Part shown: positions 1-9,074 of the stretch, piece by piece
Numbering within the stretch: the stretch's first letter is position 1
Layout: each line of letters begins with the position of its first letter
Origin: a virus
Taxonomy: Duplodnaviria > Caudoviricetes
Virus record (IMG/VR): IMGVR_UViG_3300028588_000806
Coordinates: 1 to 37,976 of that record
Length of the DNA: 37,976 bases
Direction: 5' to 3' (one strand)
Made by a program: the position numbers and the translations under genes
The notes under the pieces: generated by a model
Told to the model about the DNA's origin: nothing
The model's input: only the letters and a program-made list of their open reading frames with translations
Databases searched by the model: none

Positions 1-639
1 CTTCCCGCAACGGCCCAGATCACGTCGACAGTCAGCGCGTCGAATATCCGCGTCGTGCTGACCGACCTGAACCCGGACGACGGCCTGGCGCCCTGGTTTG
101 CGTTCGAGGACGCCGCTCTGCCTTCGCTGTCGGTATCCACCACGGTCACGCCGACCACAGATAGGGCCCATGACGATTATGCCTACGAGGAACGGCGTGG
201 TAATTTCACGTTTTCGGCATATACCCACGTGTCGCTTCTCATCGATGCCGACATCGCGATGCTGGCGTCTCCCGCGCCGCCGCAGGTTCAATACGGCACA
301 GCGTGGATCGCGTTCCTGGCAAATGCCACCTGGGGACCACCGCGGGACCGCTGGACCCGGTACGATTCCGAGGACGACGCCAGGTATGTCGGGTTGGACC
401 CGCTTGGCACCTATCGGACTGAAGTGAATCGTCAACTGACGCTACCCCTCATGTTCACCAACGACACCGATTACGCGGCGTCAGGGGAGTTCAGGGTGAT
501 CGCGGAATCCGGGTCGTATACGACGGCCTCGCCCGTTCCGGAAGCGCCGGCCCCGGCGATGCTCGCCTGCGGGATTGCCTTACTGGGTTTGATGGGGCGT
601 CGACGCGGCAGGGGAACTACCATTCAACGCATCGCGTAG
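1..639 (+). CDS. Host PEP-CTERM sorting-domain protein, 5' end outside window
   Basis: Frame is open from base 1 (LPATAQITST..., resembles the end of a signal peptide). C-terminus has VPE motif, hydrophobic helix and basic tail (VPEAPAPAMLACGIALLGLMGRRR). Confidence 0.85.
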   Translation, partial: LPATAQITSTVSASNIRVVLTDLNPDDGLAPWFAFEDAALPSLSVSTTVTPTTDRAHDDYAYEERRGNFTFSAYTHVSLLIDADIAMLASPAPPQVQYGTAWIAFLANATWGPPRDRWTRYDSEDDARYVGLDPLGTYRTEVNRQLTLPLMFTNDTDYAASGEFRVIAESGSYTTASPVPEAPAPAMLACGIALLGLMGRRRGRGTTIQRIA

Positions 640-644
640 AAACA

Positions 645-672
645 AAAAGGCCAGCTTCTCAGCTGGCCTTTT
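645..672. terminator. Bidirectional intrinsic terminator between the PEP-CTERM gene and the tRNA 3' end
   Basis: Perfect hairpin AAAAGGCCAGCT-TCTC-AGCTGGCCTTTT with A/T tracts on both sides. Confidence 0.85.
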
Positions 673-684
673 CGTTGATTCTTT

Positions 685-731
<47 letters not shown>

Positions 732-781
732 GCGGACGCAGACGCCGGAAACCCGCATGAATACTAGGTCTCCGCGAGAGA

Positions 782-855
782 CATCTAATATACAGTGGTG
801 CGCAAACGCGCAACTATGCCCGGGAAAGTCCGACCTCGACAGCCGATATTAGATG
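782..855. repeat. 10-bp inverted repeat in the att arm (putative integrase arm-type sites)
   Basis: CATCTAATAT at 782-791 and ATATTAGATG at 846-855; the second copy overlaps the int stop codon. Confidence 0.5.
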
Positions 856-1970
856 GAATTCCAGGGCAATTTGATGTCGATCGCCGACACGTCCGGGATC
901 GCTTCCTTGATGTAGATCTCGCTGGTTTTCCGAGAGGTATGCGCCAGCCGGGTCTGGATCTCGCCCATCTGCTTCCCTGCCCTCGCCGCGTCGGTCGCGC
1001 CCAGCGCGCGCAGATCCTTGAATGTCACGTCGTCGGTGATGCCGGCGCGTTCGCGCGCCCGGTCCCACATCGAAATCAGCCCTGTTTTTGCGTATGGCGT
1101 TCCCTTCTGGCTCGGGAACAGGTAGGGCGAGATGATCTCGTAGCCCTTCTTGATGGCGCGCGCCCGGTCGATCACATCTTGGATAGCCGGCGTCACCGCG
1201 ATGTCGACCACCTTCCCGCTACTCTTCTTCGTCTTGCTCGGCTGCAGGCGGATGCGGCCCTCCTCGATCTGGCTTTCCTTCATCGTCCGGATGTCGATCG
1301 CGCGCGCCCACAGCAGGTAGGCCATGTCGATCAGGCAGGCGAACATCGGCCCGCTGGCCGTCGGGATGGCCTGGCCGGTGTCCTTGCGCGGCTTGCTGAA
1401 CATGCCGGCGGCGCGGATGCGCTGCACCTGGTCATGCGTCAGCAGCACGGTGCGGCGCTGGGTCTCGAAATCGCTCAGGTCGAGCTGGTCGATCGGGTTG
1501 TCCTGGCGCAGCCCGAGGCCCGATACCGCGTACCGGAAAAGCTTGCTGGCCAGCGCGCCGTACTTGCGTGCGGTGTTCGGCTTGTCGGTGAACTTCTCGC
1601 GCAGGAAGTCGGCGAATTCCTTGGTAGTGACCTCGACCACCAGGAAAGCCTCGAACTCGTCGGCGATCACGTCCAGGAACCGGGTGTACTGGTCCTGCGT
1701 CTCTTTGCCATACTTTCCAAGCTTGTGCAGCTTGAACTCGCTGCATAGGTGCGGCACCGTCCCCTGCACATGGGTCTTGCTGCCCAGGAGCTCGGCCAGC
1801 CGGTTGAGCATGGCCACCCCTCCCTCTTCCACTCCGCACAGCCGGATCCAAGTCTTGAGTTCCTTCGTCTTCGGGTCGCGGATCTTCTCCGGCGCCACGT
1901 AGTAGTACGCGTTGAACTTGATGTACACCCGGCGCGGGAGCCCGCGGTTCGTCTTGCGCTGCCTGTTCAT
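849..1970 (-). CDS. int: Phage tyrosine integrase
   Basis: N-terminal arm-binding-like region (MNRQRKTNRGLPRRVY..YYY). Catalytic motifs RAIDI, KT, FKDLRA, LAHTS..TSEIY. ATG at 1970 overlaps the xis stop (ATGA). Confidence 0.92.
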   Translation of the reverse strand: MNRQRKTNRGLPRRVYIKFNAYYYVAPEKIRDPKTKELKTWIRLCGVEEGGVAMLNRLAELLGSKTHVQGTVPHLCSEFKLHKLGKYGKETQDQYTRFLDVIADEFEAFLVVEVTTKEFADFLREKFTDKPNTARKYGALASKLFRYAVSGLGLRQDNPIDQLDLSDFETQRRTVLLTHDQVQRIRAAGMFSKPRKDTGQAIPTASGPMFACLIDMAYLLWARAIDIRTMKESQIEEGRIRLQPSKTKKSSGKVVDIAVTPAIQDVIDRARAIKKGYEIISPYLFPSQKGTPYAKTGLISMWDRARERAGITDDVTFKDLRALGATDAARAGKQMGEIQTRLAHTSRKTSEIYIKEAIPDVSAIDIKLPWNSI

Positions 1971-2185
1971 TGCCTTGCTGATTTCCTTTTCGGTCCTGCC
2001 GGTGCGGTTGGCGCCTGCGTTCCGCCCGGGTTCTTCACGTATGCCCGGAGCACACACACCGTATTGTCGATCCTGCGCAGCTGCGCCGGGATGCCCAGCG
2101 CCTGCAGCGCGGCCAGTTGCTTCTTCGGGAGTTTGTAGTGCGTGATCGCGTAGATCTCGTCGCTCGATAGCGTCAGCTCTTCCAT
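1967..2185 (-). CDS. Putative excisionase (DUF4224-like)
   Basis: 72 aa, LSSDEIYAITHYKLPKKQLAALQALGIP pattern; coupled directly upstream of int; RBS GGAGG. Confidence 0.7.
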   Translation of the reverse strand: MEELTLSSDEIYAITHYKLPKKQLAALQALGIPAQLRRIDNTVCVLRAYVKNPGGTQAPTAPAGPKRKSARQ

Positions 2186-2194
2186 CCTGCCCTC

Positions 2195-2392
2195 CTATTC
2201 CATTCCCGCATCCAGGTACTGCCGGCGCTCGCGCAGCGGACGCGCCTCACCAACACCTGGTCGAATCATTCCGCGCGTGCTCGGCGCCGGTGCGACCAGC
2301 GCGCGGCGGTCGAAGCCGTCGCGGCGCTCGGGCATCAGCAGCCCGGCCCCCACCTGGTTGCGCCAGCGCCGGTCAGGGCCGCGATCAGTCAT
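2195..2392 (-). CDS. Hypothetical phage protein (Arg-rich, DRR/ERR motifs)
   Basis: ATG at 2392 with GAGGGTGG upstream; fits the leftward operon packing. Confidence 0.55.
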   Translation of the reverse strand: MTDRGPDRRWRNQVGAGLLMPERRDGFDRRALVAPAPSTRGMIRPGVGEARPLRERRQYLDAGME

Positions 2393-2714
2393 GGTGGCCA
2401 CCCTCGCTGTGGTCGTGCTCGACCTCGGCCAGCCCTAGCGCCGCATCGATGTGGTCGAACACTGTCTCGGCATCGTGCATCATCCACAGCGTGTCGATGA
2501 TGCCGCCGCCCGGGCTATCGTTGGCGAACTGCAGGGCATGCCGCACGTCGAGCAGCACCTTGCGCAGGCGCGCGATCGCCGGCGAAGGGCCGACTGCGAC
2601 GTATAGCTGCGGGTCGGTGTTCGGCACAGCTAGCACGCAAGCTGCAGCGCGCTCGAGCGCGAGGTGGAGTAGCGCGGCCTCGATTAATCGCGACGAAACT
2701 TGTAATAAACACAT
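2385..2714 (-). CDS. Hypothetical phage protein, possibly 5'-truncated by the adjacent moron
   Basis: 3' half has phage-like codon usage and overlaps the next gene; the 5' end runs into AT-rich DNA with no clear RBS. Confidence 0.4.
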   Translation of the reverse strand: MCLLQVSSRLIEAALLHLALERAAACVLAVPNTDPQLYVAVGPSPAIARLRKVLLDVRHALQFANDSPGGGIIDTLWMMHDAETVFDHIDAALGLAEVEHDHSEGGHHD

Positions 2715-2779
2715 AATAATTCCTATCCTCACCAAAAACTGTCGTGTTAGCATCTAGTTACCACGAAGAAAAGGTATCT

Positions 2780-3487
2780 ATGGCTGACCCAGTAATGACG
2801 ACTGCTGTATTTTGGGACTTAAAAGCATCAGACTTACTCAAGTTCTCGGCTGAACTAGTTTCGGCAATTGCGTGGCCTGTTGCCGCTGCGTTTATCGTTG
2901 GTTTTTTTAAAAAAGAAATCATTGAACGAATACCAAAATTGGCTGAGCTCACGCTGCCTGGCGGCTTTGCGGCAAAGTTCAACGATGTGCTTACCAAAGC
3001 TGAGGCGAGCGTTCCCGAAAAACTGCAGCCTGCAGCCAATAGCGATACAGAGGTGCTGCAGGTGCAAGATGAGAGCCCACGATATTCAATTGCTTCAGGC
3101 GACGCCGTCCCTGCTGCTGACCAGCTAGCATTGCGCGCGAATCCGACGGGTGTCGTTATGGAAGCCTGGAAGATCTTGGAAAGCACGCTCCGGATCGCAG
3201 CGACAGCAATGATTGGCGAAGGCGTGGCGCAACGGCCGGCACCCAATGTTGTTGCGAGCTTGCGGAACGCAAACCTGTTGTCCAGGGAGGAGGAAGACTC
3301 GTTGCTTGAATTGATCGAGTTACGGAACGTAGTCGCGCATACCCCAAACAAAACAGTCTCCCAACTCGAAGCGAAGCGATTTGCCGATATCGCCGCACGC
3401 TTTAACCAGAAATTCACTTCAACACTGATGAACAAAGCATGGGCTGACGCGCGACACACATCTAAATATTCGAATCGCATGGGATAA
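2780..3487 (+). CDS. Membrane-anchored HEPN (DUF4145-like) protein; candidate defence moron
   Basis: Opposite strand to its neighbours and lower GC. N-terminal TM (LVSAIAWPVAAAFIVGFF). C-terminal helical domain VMEAWKILE...LIELRNVVAH with an RxxxxH motif. Confidence 0.7.
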   Translation: MADPVMTTAVFWDLKASDLLKFSAELVSAIAWPVAAAFIVGFFKKEIIERIPKLAELTLPGGFAAKFNDVLTKAEASVPEKLQPAANSDTEVLQVQDESPRYSIASGDAVPAADQLALRANPTGVVMEAWKILESTLRIAATAMIGEGVAQRPAPNVVASLRNANLLSREEEDSLLELIELRNVVAHTPNKTVSQLEAKRFADIAARFNQKFTSTLMNKAWADARHTSKYSNRMG

Positions 3488-3502
3488 ATCCTGGTTGAGT
3501 GA

Positions 3503-4723
3503 CTATGTTGAAAAGAGCTGTGGCTGAACCGCACCGTTCTGATACACGACATCCATTACGGTCGTCGCAATTGGCTCGTCGCCCTCCCAACCGCGCGGCC
3601 ACGTCTCCAATGCGATGAGCTCGCGGATGCGCGCCTCTTCCTCAGCATTGATCATGTCGACCAGTGGCCGCCCTAAGGCAGTGGCCGCAGCATTCACCTC
3701 CGCCTGAATGCCCAGCAAGCGCTCTAGACCCATCAGGCGCGCCTCGAACGTGATCGGGCCCATGCGCTGCGGATTTTTGCCGATGCTGCCGTCTTTCAGC
3801 CGCTCGATGCCGGCCTTGCGCAACCGGTGCTGCGGCTGGCGCAGCTCGCGCCATAGGGTCTTGATGTCCAGCATTGGCGCCAGGTAGGCCCAAAGCGGGT
3901 TCAGCAGGATCGTGTTCAGCGCCGTGTCTTCCTGGGCCAGCGGGCAACCAACGCAACCGGTGCGCGCATTGATCTCCTCCGCCTCGTCGCCACCGTAGGC
4001 ATCAGCGATCGCCGCCGTACTCCAGTCGCCGAATTCTGCGGTCGGCGCCCAATGCTTGAGCCATTCCCACACGTGGCACACACGCCAGTGCAGCAGCGGC
4101 GCCAGAGTAGCCAGGCGGCCGCGCAGGCCTTTCGCGTTCGGCAGCACCTGCTGATACCAACCCTGGCCGCACTCAGCCCCATCCTTTCCGCAGCTCATCT
4201 CGATGCGGCGATCGCGGATAGCACTCTCGCCCTGGCGGACGCCGGTGATCATCAGGATCTGGCCGTCAAGCGACTCGACGTGGCGGCGCAGCGCCTCCTC
4301 CATCGGTTCGATCTTGATCTGACCAGTGCACCAGCGCAGCGTGTTGTTGTTGGGCGGCGGCACGCCGCGGCCCAGGATGTAGACCATGAAGCGGTCATCC
4401 AGCGGCGCCATCACCACATCGACCTGAATATCGCGCTCGCGCAGCTCGTCCATGATCTGATGCGCCGATGCGGCCAGCGGAAGCAGCTCCTGGCGTGTGT
4501 CGGCGTAGAACACAGTCAGAGTCTTTGGACGCCGAACCTTGCCGGTGTCGATCAGATAAATCAGTAGAGTGAGCGTAGCGGACGAATCCTTGCCGCCCGA
4601 CCAGGCCACGCCCCAGTGGTCGTGGTCGGCGCCGTAGGCCTGTAGCGACTGGATCGTCAGCTCGATCGATTCGGTCATCTGCATGCGGCGCGCGCCGGCG
4701 CCGAAGATGTCGATCTGGTTCAC
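3503..4723 (-). CDS. PAPS-reductase family protein (DndC-like)
   Basis: PP-loop WSGGKDS, ADT, RWCT..IKIEP, GVRQGESAIR, RTGCVGCP; GTG start overlaps the upstream stop. Confidence 0.85.
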   Translation of the reverse strand: MNQIDIFGAGARRMQMTESIELTIQSLQAYGADHDHWGVAWSGGKDSSATLTLLIYLIDTGKVRRPKTLTVFYADTRQELLPLAASAHQIMDELRERDIQVDVVMAPLDDRFMVYILGRGVPPPNNNTLRWCTGQIKIEPMEEALRRHVESLDGQILMITGVRQGESAIRDRRIEMSCGKDGAECGQGWYQQVLPNAKGLRGRLATLAPLLHWRVCHVWEWLKHWAPTAEFGDWSTAAIADAYGGDEAEEINARTGCVGCPLAQEDTALNTILLNPLWAYLAPMLDIKTLWRELRQPQHRLRKAGIERLKDGSIGKNPQRMGPITFEARLMGLERLLGIQAEVNAAATALGRPLVDMINAEEEARIRELIALETWPRGWEGDEPIATTVMDVVYQNGAVQPQLFST

Positions 4724-5133
4724 GCTGCAGCTCCCCCCGTTGGCCCGAACAGCGCCGCCACCAGCGGATCACGCGGCAGGCCAATCTGGCGCGCCGGCAC
4801 CGCCTTCTTGCGCTGGGCGAAGCTGGCGTCGAGCAGCTCGTCCGGCGTCGGCAACATCGGGTCTTCGCCCAGCTCCCAAAGGTCGCGGCCCTTCTCGTCC
4901 TGATGGTCGACCTTACGCACCTCGCGCAGGTCGTGCGCCATGTAGCGCAGGAAGGCGTAGGCGCCCGAATTGCTGACGCCCAGGTCTGCGGCGATCGCGA
5001 TGACCGTCAGCGGGCCGCCGGCCAGCAGCTCGCGGATGCGGACGACGCTGGCGGCGCGCAGCGCACGCTTTTCCGTCGCCCCCGGCGGGCCCGCGCGCTT
5101 GGCGCGCGGCTTCACGAAGATTGCGCGCGCCAT
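4720..5133 (-). CDS. Winged-HTH-like phage protein
   Basis: RIRELLAGGPLTVIAIAADLGVSNSGAYAFL HTH pattern; operon-coupled. Confidence 0.6.
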   Translation of the reverse strand: MARAIFVKPRAKRAGPPGATEKRALRAASVVRIRELLAGGPLTVIAIAADLGVSNSGAYAFLRYMAHDLREVRKVDHQDEKGRDLWELGEDPMLPTPDELLDASFAQRKKAVPARQIGLPRDPLVAALFGPTGGAAA

Positions 5134-5135
5134 GA

Positions 5136-5651
5136 TCAGGCCGCCTCGCCGAATAGTTCACCCACGGTCTGCGGTGCCGGCGGCAGCAGGTCGAGCTCAA
5201 TGTCGCGCTGCATGAACTCGCACAGCTTGCCCACGTCCTCGCTCTCCGGGTGAGCGATGATGCGGAACGTGATCACCACCGAACCGCCGTTCTGCGCCTC
5301 GATCTTGAAGTGGTCGACCTTGCAGTCGTGCAGCACGATGTTGCTGTCGCCGCCCATGCCGTAATCGACGGTGGCGGTATAGCCGTTGCCCTCCCAGTCC
5401 CATTTGATGGCGCCCATCTTCGGATAGCGCAGCACCGTCAAGCCGTCGCCATCGCTCACCTGGTCGACCAGGTCAGGCGCCTCATCCTTCTTGAACAGGT
5501 GCTGGCGCAGCTCTGGATGGAAGCACAGCAGCACGCTGCTCGAGCACGTTGCCTCGATCTTGAGGTCGAAGGCGGGTTTCGGGTCTTCGCCGTGCATCTC
5601 GGCGCGGGGGTTCACGTTGGCCAACTTGACGGCCTGATTGAGTTCGAACAT
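5136..5651 (-). CDS. Hypothetical phage early protein
   Basis: 171-aa ORF with strong codon bias, RBS AGGAG and tight packing. Confidence 0.7.
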   Translation of the reverse strand: MFELNQAVKLANVNPRAEMHGEDPKPAFDLKIEATCSSSVLLCFHPELRQHLFKKDEAPDLVDQVSDGDGLTVLRYPKMGAIKWDWEGNGYTATVDYGMGGDSNIVLHDCKVDHFKIEAQNGGSVVITFRIIAHPESEDVGKLCEFMQRDIELDLLPPAPQTVGELFGEAA

Positions 5652-5654
5652 CGG

Positions 5655-5894
5655 TCAGTTCTCCTGGGTGTTTTTAGGGTCTTGGGTGAAAACGAAATAC
5701 GGTTTGCGGATGAAGTCGTGGAAGCGCTGCGCGGCCGTCGGGTTGCGGTCGATATCGCCGCGCGACTTCACCTCGCAGATGGCGCGCACGCTGCGCACCG
5801 CCGTTTGCTCGTCGGGCACGCGCAGGAACCGCTGGAACAGCGGCTCCCTGCAGCGCAGGGCCAACCAGGTGGAGAGGCGCTGCGCTGGCATCAC
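5655..5894 (-). CDS. Hypothetical phage protein
   Basis: 79 aa; overlaps the YqaJ stop; LRCREPLFQRFL...ICEVKSR pattern. Confidence 0.65.
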   Translation of the reverse strand: MMPAQRLSTWLALRCREPLFQRFLRVPDEQTAVRSVRAICEVKSRGDIDRNPTAAQRFHDFIRKPYFVFTQDPKNTQEN

Positions 5895-7687
5895 GCGGCC
5901 TGCTTCGCCTGCACGGCGCTGATGTGGTTGACCAGGGCGCCGCAGATTGTCGGGAAGTCAGCTTCGTGGTACAGCACCGCGGCGCGATCGCGGCCGGCGG
6001 CGGCGAATCCCAGGCTGGCCAGGAAGTCGGCGGTGAGCGAGAAGCCCAAGCGCTCAGCGATCTGGCCAAGGCGCAGGGTCGGCGCGGACGCCAGTGCCGC
6101 TGGGCGCGCGGCAGCGAGCGGGGGCACCTGCGCCGGCGCGGCCGGCGCGCTCTCGACGACTGGCTGCGGCGCCGGCGCGACGACGGCTGCGGCGACCTTG
6201 CTCGTTGCGGCGATGCTCGCGGCCTGCTCGTCCAGCTGACGCTTCGTCTCGGCAGCAACCCGGGCGCGCTCGGCGGCGGCAGCCTCTTCTGCAACGCGCG
6301 CGGCCTCGGCCTGCTCCTGGTGCATCTTCGCCGCGGCGGCTGCTTCGGCCTTGACGCGCTCTTCCTCGGCGATCCGCGCGCGCAGCGCTTCGGCCTTCGC
6401 CACTTCCGCTGCCTCGTGCTCGGCGATGCGCATCTTGACGAGCGACGTGAGGTCGTCGGCGGCCTTGAGCACGATCGACGCGGTGTCGGCGAACAGGAAA
6501 GCGTGTGCGCCGGCCAGCTCACGCAGCGTGCCCAGGTTGACCTGGATGCGATCGGCCACGGCGTTCGCTTCGATCTTGAAGCGCGCCAGCTCGGTGTCGA
6601 CGGCGTCGCGCAGGCTGGCCACGGTCTTCTTGCCCTTCATGACGGCAGCGAAGTCGAACGAGATCGCCGGCATGTATGGCTTGCCCAGGCGTGCGTTCAA
6701 TGCGTCGATGTGCGCCGCAGCCTTGTCCTTGCCGGCCTGCTGGATCTCGACGCGGATCGTTTCCTTGCGTGCCTTCACGACCTTCTCCAGCATCAGGCGC
6801 GTCTTGCGCGCCAGGTCCTTGTAGCTGGCCACCGTCTTGACCATGTCGTCGACCGTCGAGATCTGGCCCAAGGCCGACGCCTCGGCGGCGCCCAGCGCCG
6901 TCTCGGCGCGCTCCATCACCTTGATGGCCTGCTCGGCGTCGGCGAAGGCCTGGTCGTCGCTTGGGTTCGTGTCGATGTCGGCGACGAAGGCTTTCAGCTT
7001 CTCACCGAACAGCACCAGGTTGTGGTTCAGGGTGAGCTGGCCGTCGACGCGGATGGACAGCGCCGGCAGGTCCTGCACGGCGGCCGCGACTGGCGGTGGC
7101 AGCACCTCGACGTGCTCGTAGGTGGCCAGGTCCTTCTCGAACTGCGCCCAGCCGGCGCGGATGCGCTCCTGCCACGCAGCGTCGGGATACACCGAAACGT
7201 AGACCAAGTTGTCGCGCGTGCCATCCGAGCACACGAACACCACCTTGCCGGCGCCCGTGACCATCATGATCTGCTGGCACTGCGGCATGTATTCGTCGGG
7301 CAACCGGCCGAGGGCTACGGATTCGGCCAGCGCCTGGTTCCACTGCTTGTGCTCGAAGGCGACGTCTTCCAGCATGGTCAGGCCGTCGCATGATGCCGAC
7401 AGCCGGCCGTCCGAACAGGTCACCGGGTACAGGTCCTCACCGATCAGCTCCTCGACGATCGGGCGCGCCAGCGCCTCGACTTCGTGGCCATAGTCCAGGA
7501 TGTTCGCTTGCACCCAGTCGCTGAACTCCTGGGCGGTACCGGTAGCCTTCATGTGCAGCAGTTCATTGCGCTTGACGAGTGGCGAAATGCCCAGCATCGC
7601 CGCCGCCTCGCTGGCGCCGAACTTCTCAAGCCGGTACTGCTGCCACTCCGGGCTTCCTTGGGTGAGGTCGTGAATTTGCATGGTCAT
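5891..7687 (-). CDS. YqaJ-like (lambda exonuclease family) recombination nuclease with long coiled-coil extension
   Basis: QGSPEW..YR, ASEAAAMLG, GHEVE..AR, SASCDGL, FEHK and YMPQCQQIM motifs; adjacent to RecT. Confidence 0.88.
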   Translation of the reverse strand: MTMQIHDLTQGSPEWQQYRLEKFGASEAAAMLGISPLVKRNELLHMKATGTAQEFSDWVQANILDYGHEVEALARPIVEELIGEDLYPVTCSDGRLSASCDGLTMLEDVAFEHKQWNQALAESVALGRLPDEYMPQCQQIMMVTGAGKVVFVCSDGTRDNLVYVSVYPDAAWQERIRAGWAQFEKDLATYEHVEVLPPPVAAAVQDLPALSIRVDGQLTLNHNLVLFGEKLKAFVADIDTNPSDDQAFADAEQAIKVMERAETALGAAEASALGQISTVDDMVKTVASYKDLARKTRLMLEKVVKARKETIRVEIQQAGKDKAAAHIDALNARLGKPYMPAISFDFAAVMKGKKTVASLRDAVDTELARFKIEANAVADRIQVNLGTLRELAGAHAFLFADTASIVLKAADDLTSLVKMRIAEHEAAEVAKAEALRARIAEEERVKAEAAAAAKMHQEQAEAARVAEEAAAAERARVAAETKRQLDEQAASIAATSKVAAAVVAPAPQPVVESAPAAPAQVPPLAAARPAALASAPTLRLGQIAERLGFSLTADFLASLGFAAAGRDRAAVLYHEADFPTICGALVNHISAVQAKQAA

Positions 7688-7691
7688 TTCC

Positions 7692-8459
7692 TTATTCGGT
7701 TTCGTGAGCCCAGCTATCGATGGTCAGCTTCTGGTCTTCGGTGAGAACGGTTTTGGTGCTCAGCATCGCGATCAGCGCGTCCGGCGTCTTCTTCCCGGAA
7801 AGGACGATGTCGCGCCAGGCCGGCGTGTTCTCGGCGAACTTCTCGGGCGTGCATTCCGGCAGCGCAGCTGGCGCCTTCGTGACCTGGGCCGCGCCGGCTT
7901 GCGCAGGCGGCGTGATGTCGCGTTCGACGCGCTCATCCGGGTAGTCGCGCAATTCCTCGATCGACTTGATGCCCTTGAGCGCGTCGGCGAACAGGTCGCG
8001 CGCGGCGAAGGCGCGGGCCCGCATCTGCAGCATCCGTTTCGGCGCCGACTGCCACGGCCCCTGCTTGCCTGCCAGGCCGGCCTTCTTCGCGTCTTCCATC
8101 GTGAAGGTGCTCACCACCGCCGAGCGGCCGCGCCGCTTCAACGTCACGGTGCAGTGCGTGTCGTGCTTGTCTTCCTGCGCATCCTCGAACTCGGGATGGC
8201 TGATGATCAGCGCCCACATTGCATCACCCCACACACCCGGGCGGCCGTTGATCACCGAGATCCCCTGCAGCGACTGCATTGGCTTCAAGCCCAGCTCGGC
8301 GCCGGTCTGCACCGCCACCAGGACATTGCCCGGCTTGTTGATGTAGTCCTTCGGCACCATGTCCGAGGAGGCGATGATCTTCGCGAACTCCATGGCCTCG
8401 GCCAGGCTGCGCGGGGAAAGGGAGAACGTGGTTTCGCCCTGGGTGGTAAGGTCGTTCAT
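7692..8459 (-). CDS. RecT-like single-strand annealing recombinase
   Basis: SDMVPKDY..KPGNVLVA, GAELGLKPMQSLQGISVINGRP and W...PKRML..RA motifs; paired with the exonuclease. Confidence 0.8.
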   Translation of the reverse strand: MNDLTTQGETTFSLSPRSLAEAMEFAKIIASSDMVPKDYINKPGNVLVAVQTGAELGLKPMQSLQGISVINGRPGVWGDAMWALIISHPEFEDAQEDKHDTHCTVTLKRRGRSAVVSTFTMEDAKKAGLAGKQGPWQSAPKRMLQMRARAFAARDLFADALKGIKSIEELRDYPDERVERDITPPAQAGAAQVTKAPAALPECTPEKFAENTPAWRDIVLSGKKTPDALIAMLSTKTVLTEDQKLTIDSWAHETE

Positions 8460-8501
8460 GATTTCCTTCGTGGTTGAAAGCGAAAAAACTGGGTAATTCG
8501 G

Positions 8502-8732
8502 CTACCAGCTGCGGATCTGGTTGCGGCGCCCGACCAGGTGCACGGTGCGTTCGCGCTCAAGGCGCTCGACCGGCGCGATGCTGGTGCGCAGCTGCATGAG
8601 GTAGTCGGCGCGTTCTTCGGACAGGCGGAGCTCGCGCGTGGCCAGGAACAAGGCGATCGGCTTTACGGCCTTGCGCGCCAGGCGGCGCAAGACTCGGAAC
8701 GGGCCGCTGGTGATGCGGGTGGCGCCGATCAT
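8502..8732 (-). CDS. Hypothetical phage protein
   Basis: 76 aa; ATGA overlap with the upstream gene. Confidence 0.6.
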   Translation of the reverse strand: MIGATRITSGPFRVLRRLARKAVKPIALFLATRELRLSEERADYLMQLRTSIAPVERLERERTVHLVGRRNQIRSW

Positions 8733-9070
8733 TGGGCACCTGCCGCAGCGAGGGCTTCGCCATTGGCGCGAAGCACAGGGTAGATATCCGACTTCGAGGG
8801 CAGGAATGCCGGATCCAGTTGAATCAGGCGCGCCATCAGGCGGTCGATGGCCGCATGGGACTCTCGGACCGCTGTCACCAACTGGTCATGCGCATTGCAG
8901 GCGCGGACGATGAATTCGGCATTGCGCGGCGCGATCGACTCGGCGATCAGGTGGCCACCGTAGTAGTCGACCGCGTCGCTGCCGCCGATCTCAGGTACCG
9001 GTTCGTCGGCGACGACCGCACCCATCTTGTTCGGCGCGCCGACGCGCCATGGCGTTTTCGTGTGCTTCAT
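8729..9070 (-). CDS. Hypothetical phage protein (MKHTKTPW...NAEFIVRACN type)
   Basis: ATG at 9070 preceded by AGGAGAGCAGGG; HTxxPW and NAxFIVRACN motifs are typical of small phage early proteins. Confidence 0.7.
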   Translation of the reverse strand: MKHTKTPWRVGAPNKMGAVVADEPVPEIGGSDAVDYYGGHLIAESIAPRNAEFIVRACNAHDQLVTAVRESHAAIDRLMARLIQLDPAFLPSKSDIYPVLRANGEALAAAGAQ

Positions 9071-9074
9071 CCCT

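Noticed and set aside
795-1748. 317-aa plus-strand ORF opposite the integrase
   Set aside because: Antisense shadow of a GC-rich gene with no recognisable motifs.
1971-2057. N-terminal extension of the integrase in the ORF track
   Set aside because: It overlaps xis; the ATG at 1970 gives the usual ATGA coupling.
3503-5894. Complete Dnd/Ssp phosphorothioation system
   Set aside because: Only a DndC-like gene is present; neighbours show no DndD ATPase, DndE or cysteine desulfurase motifs.
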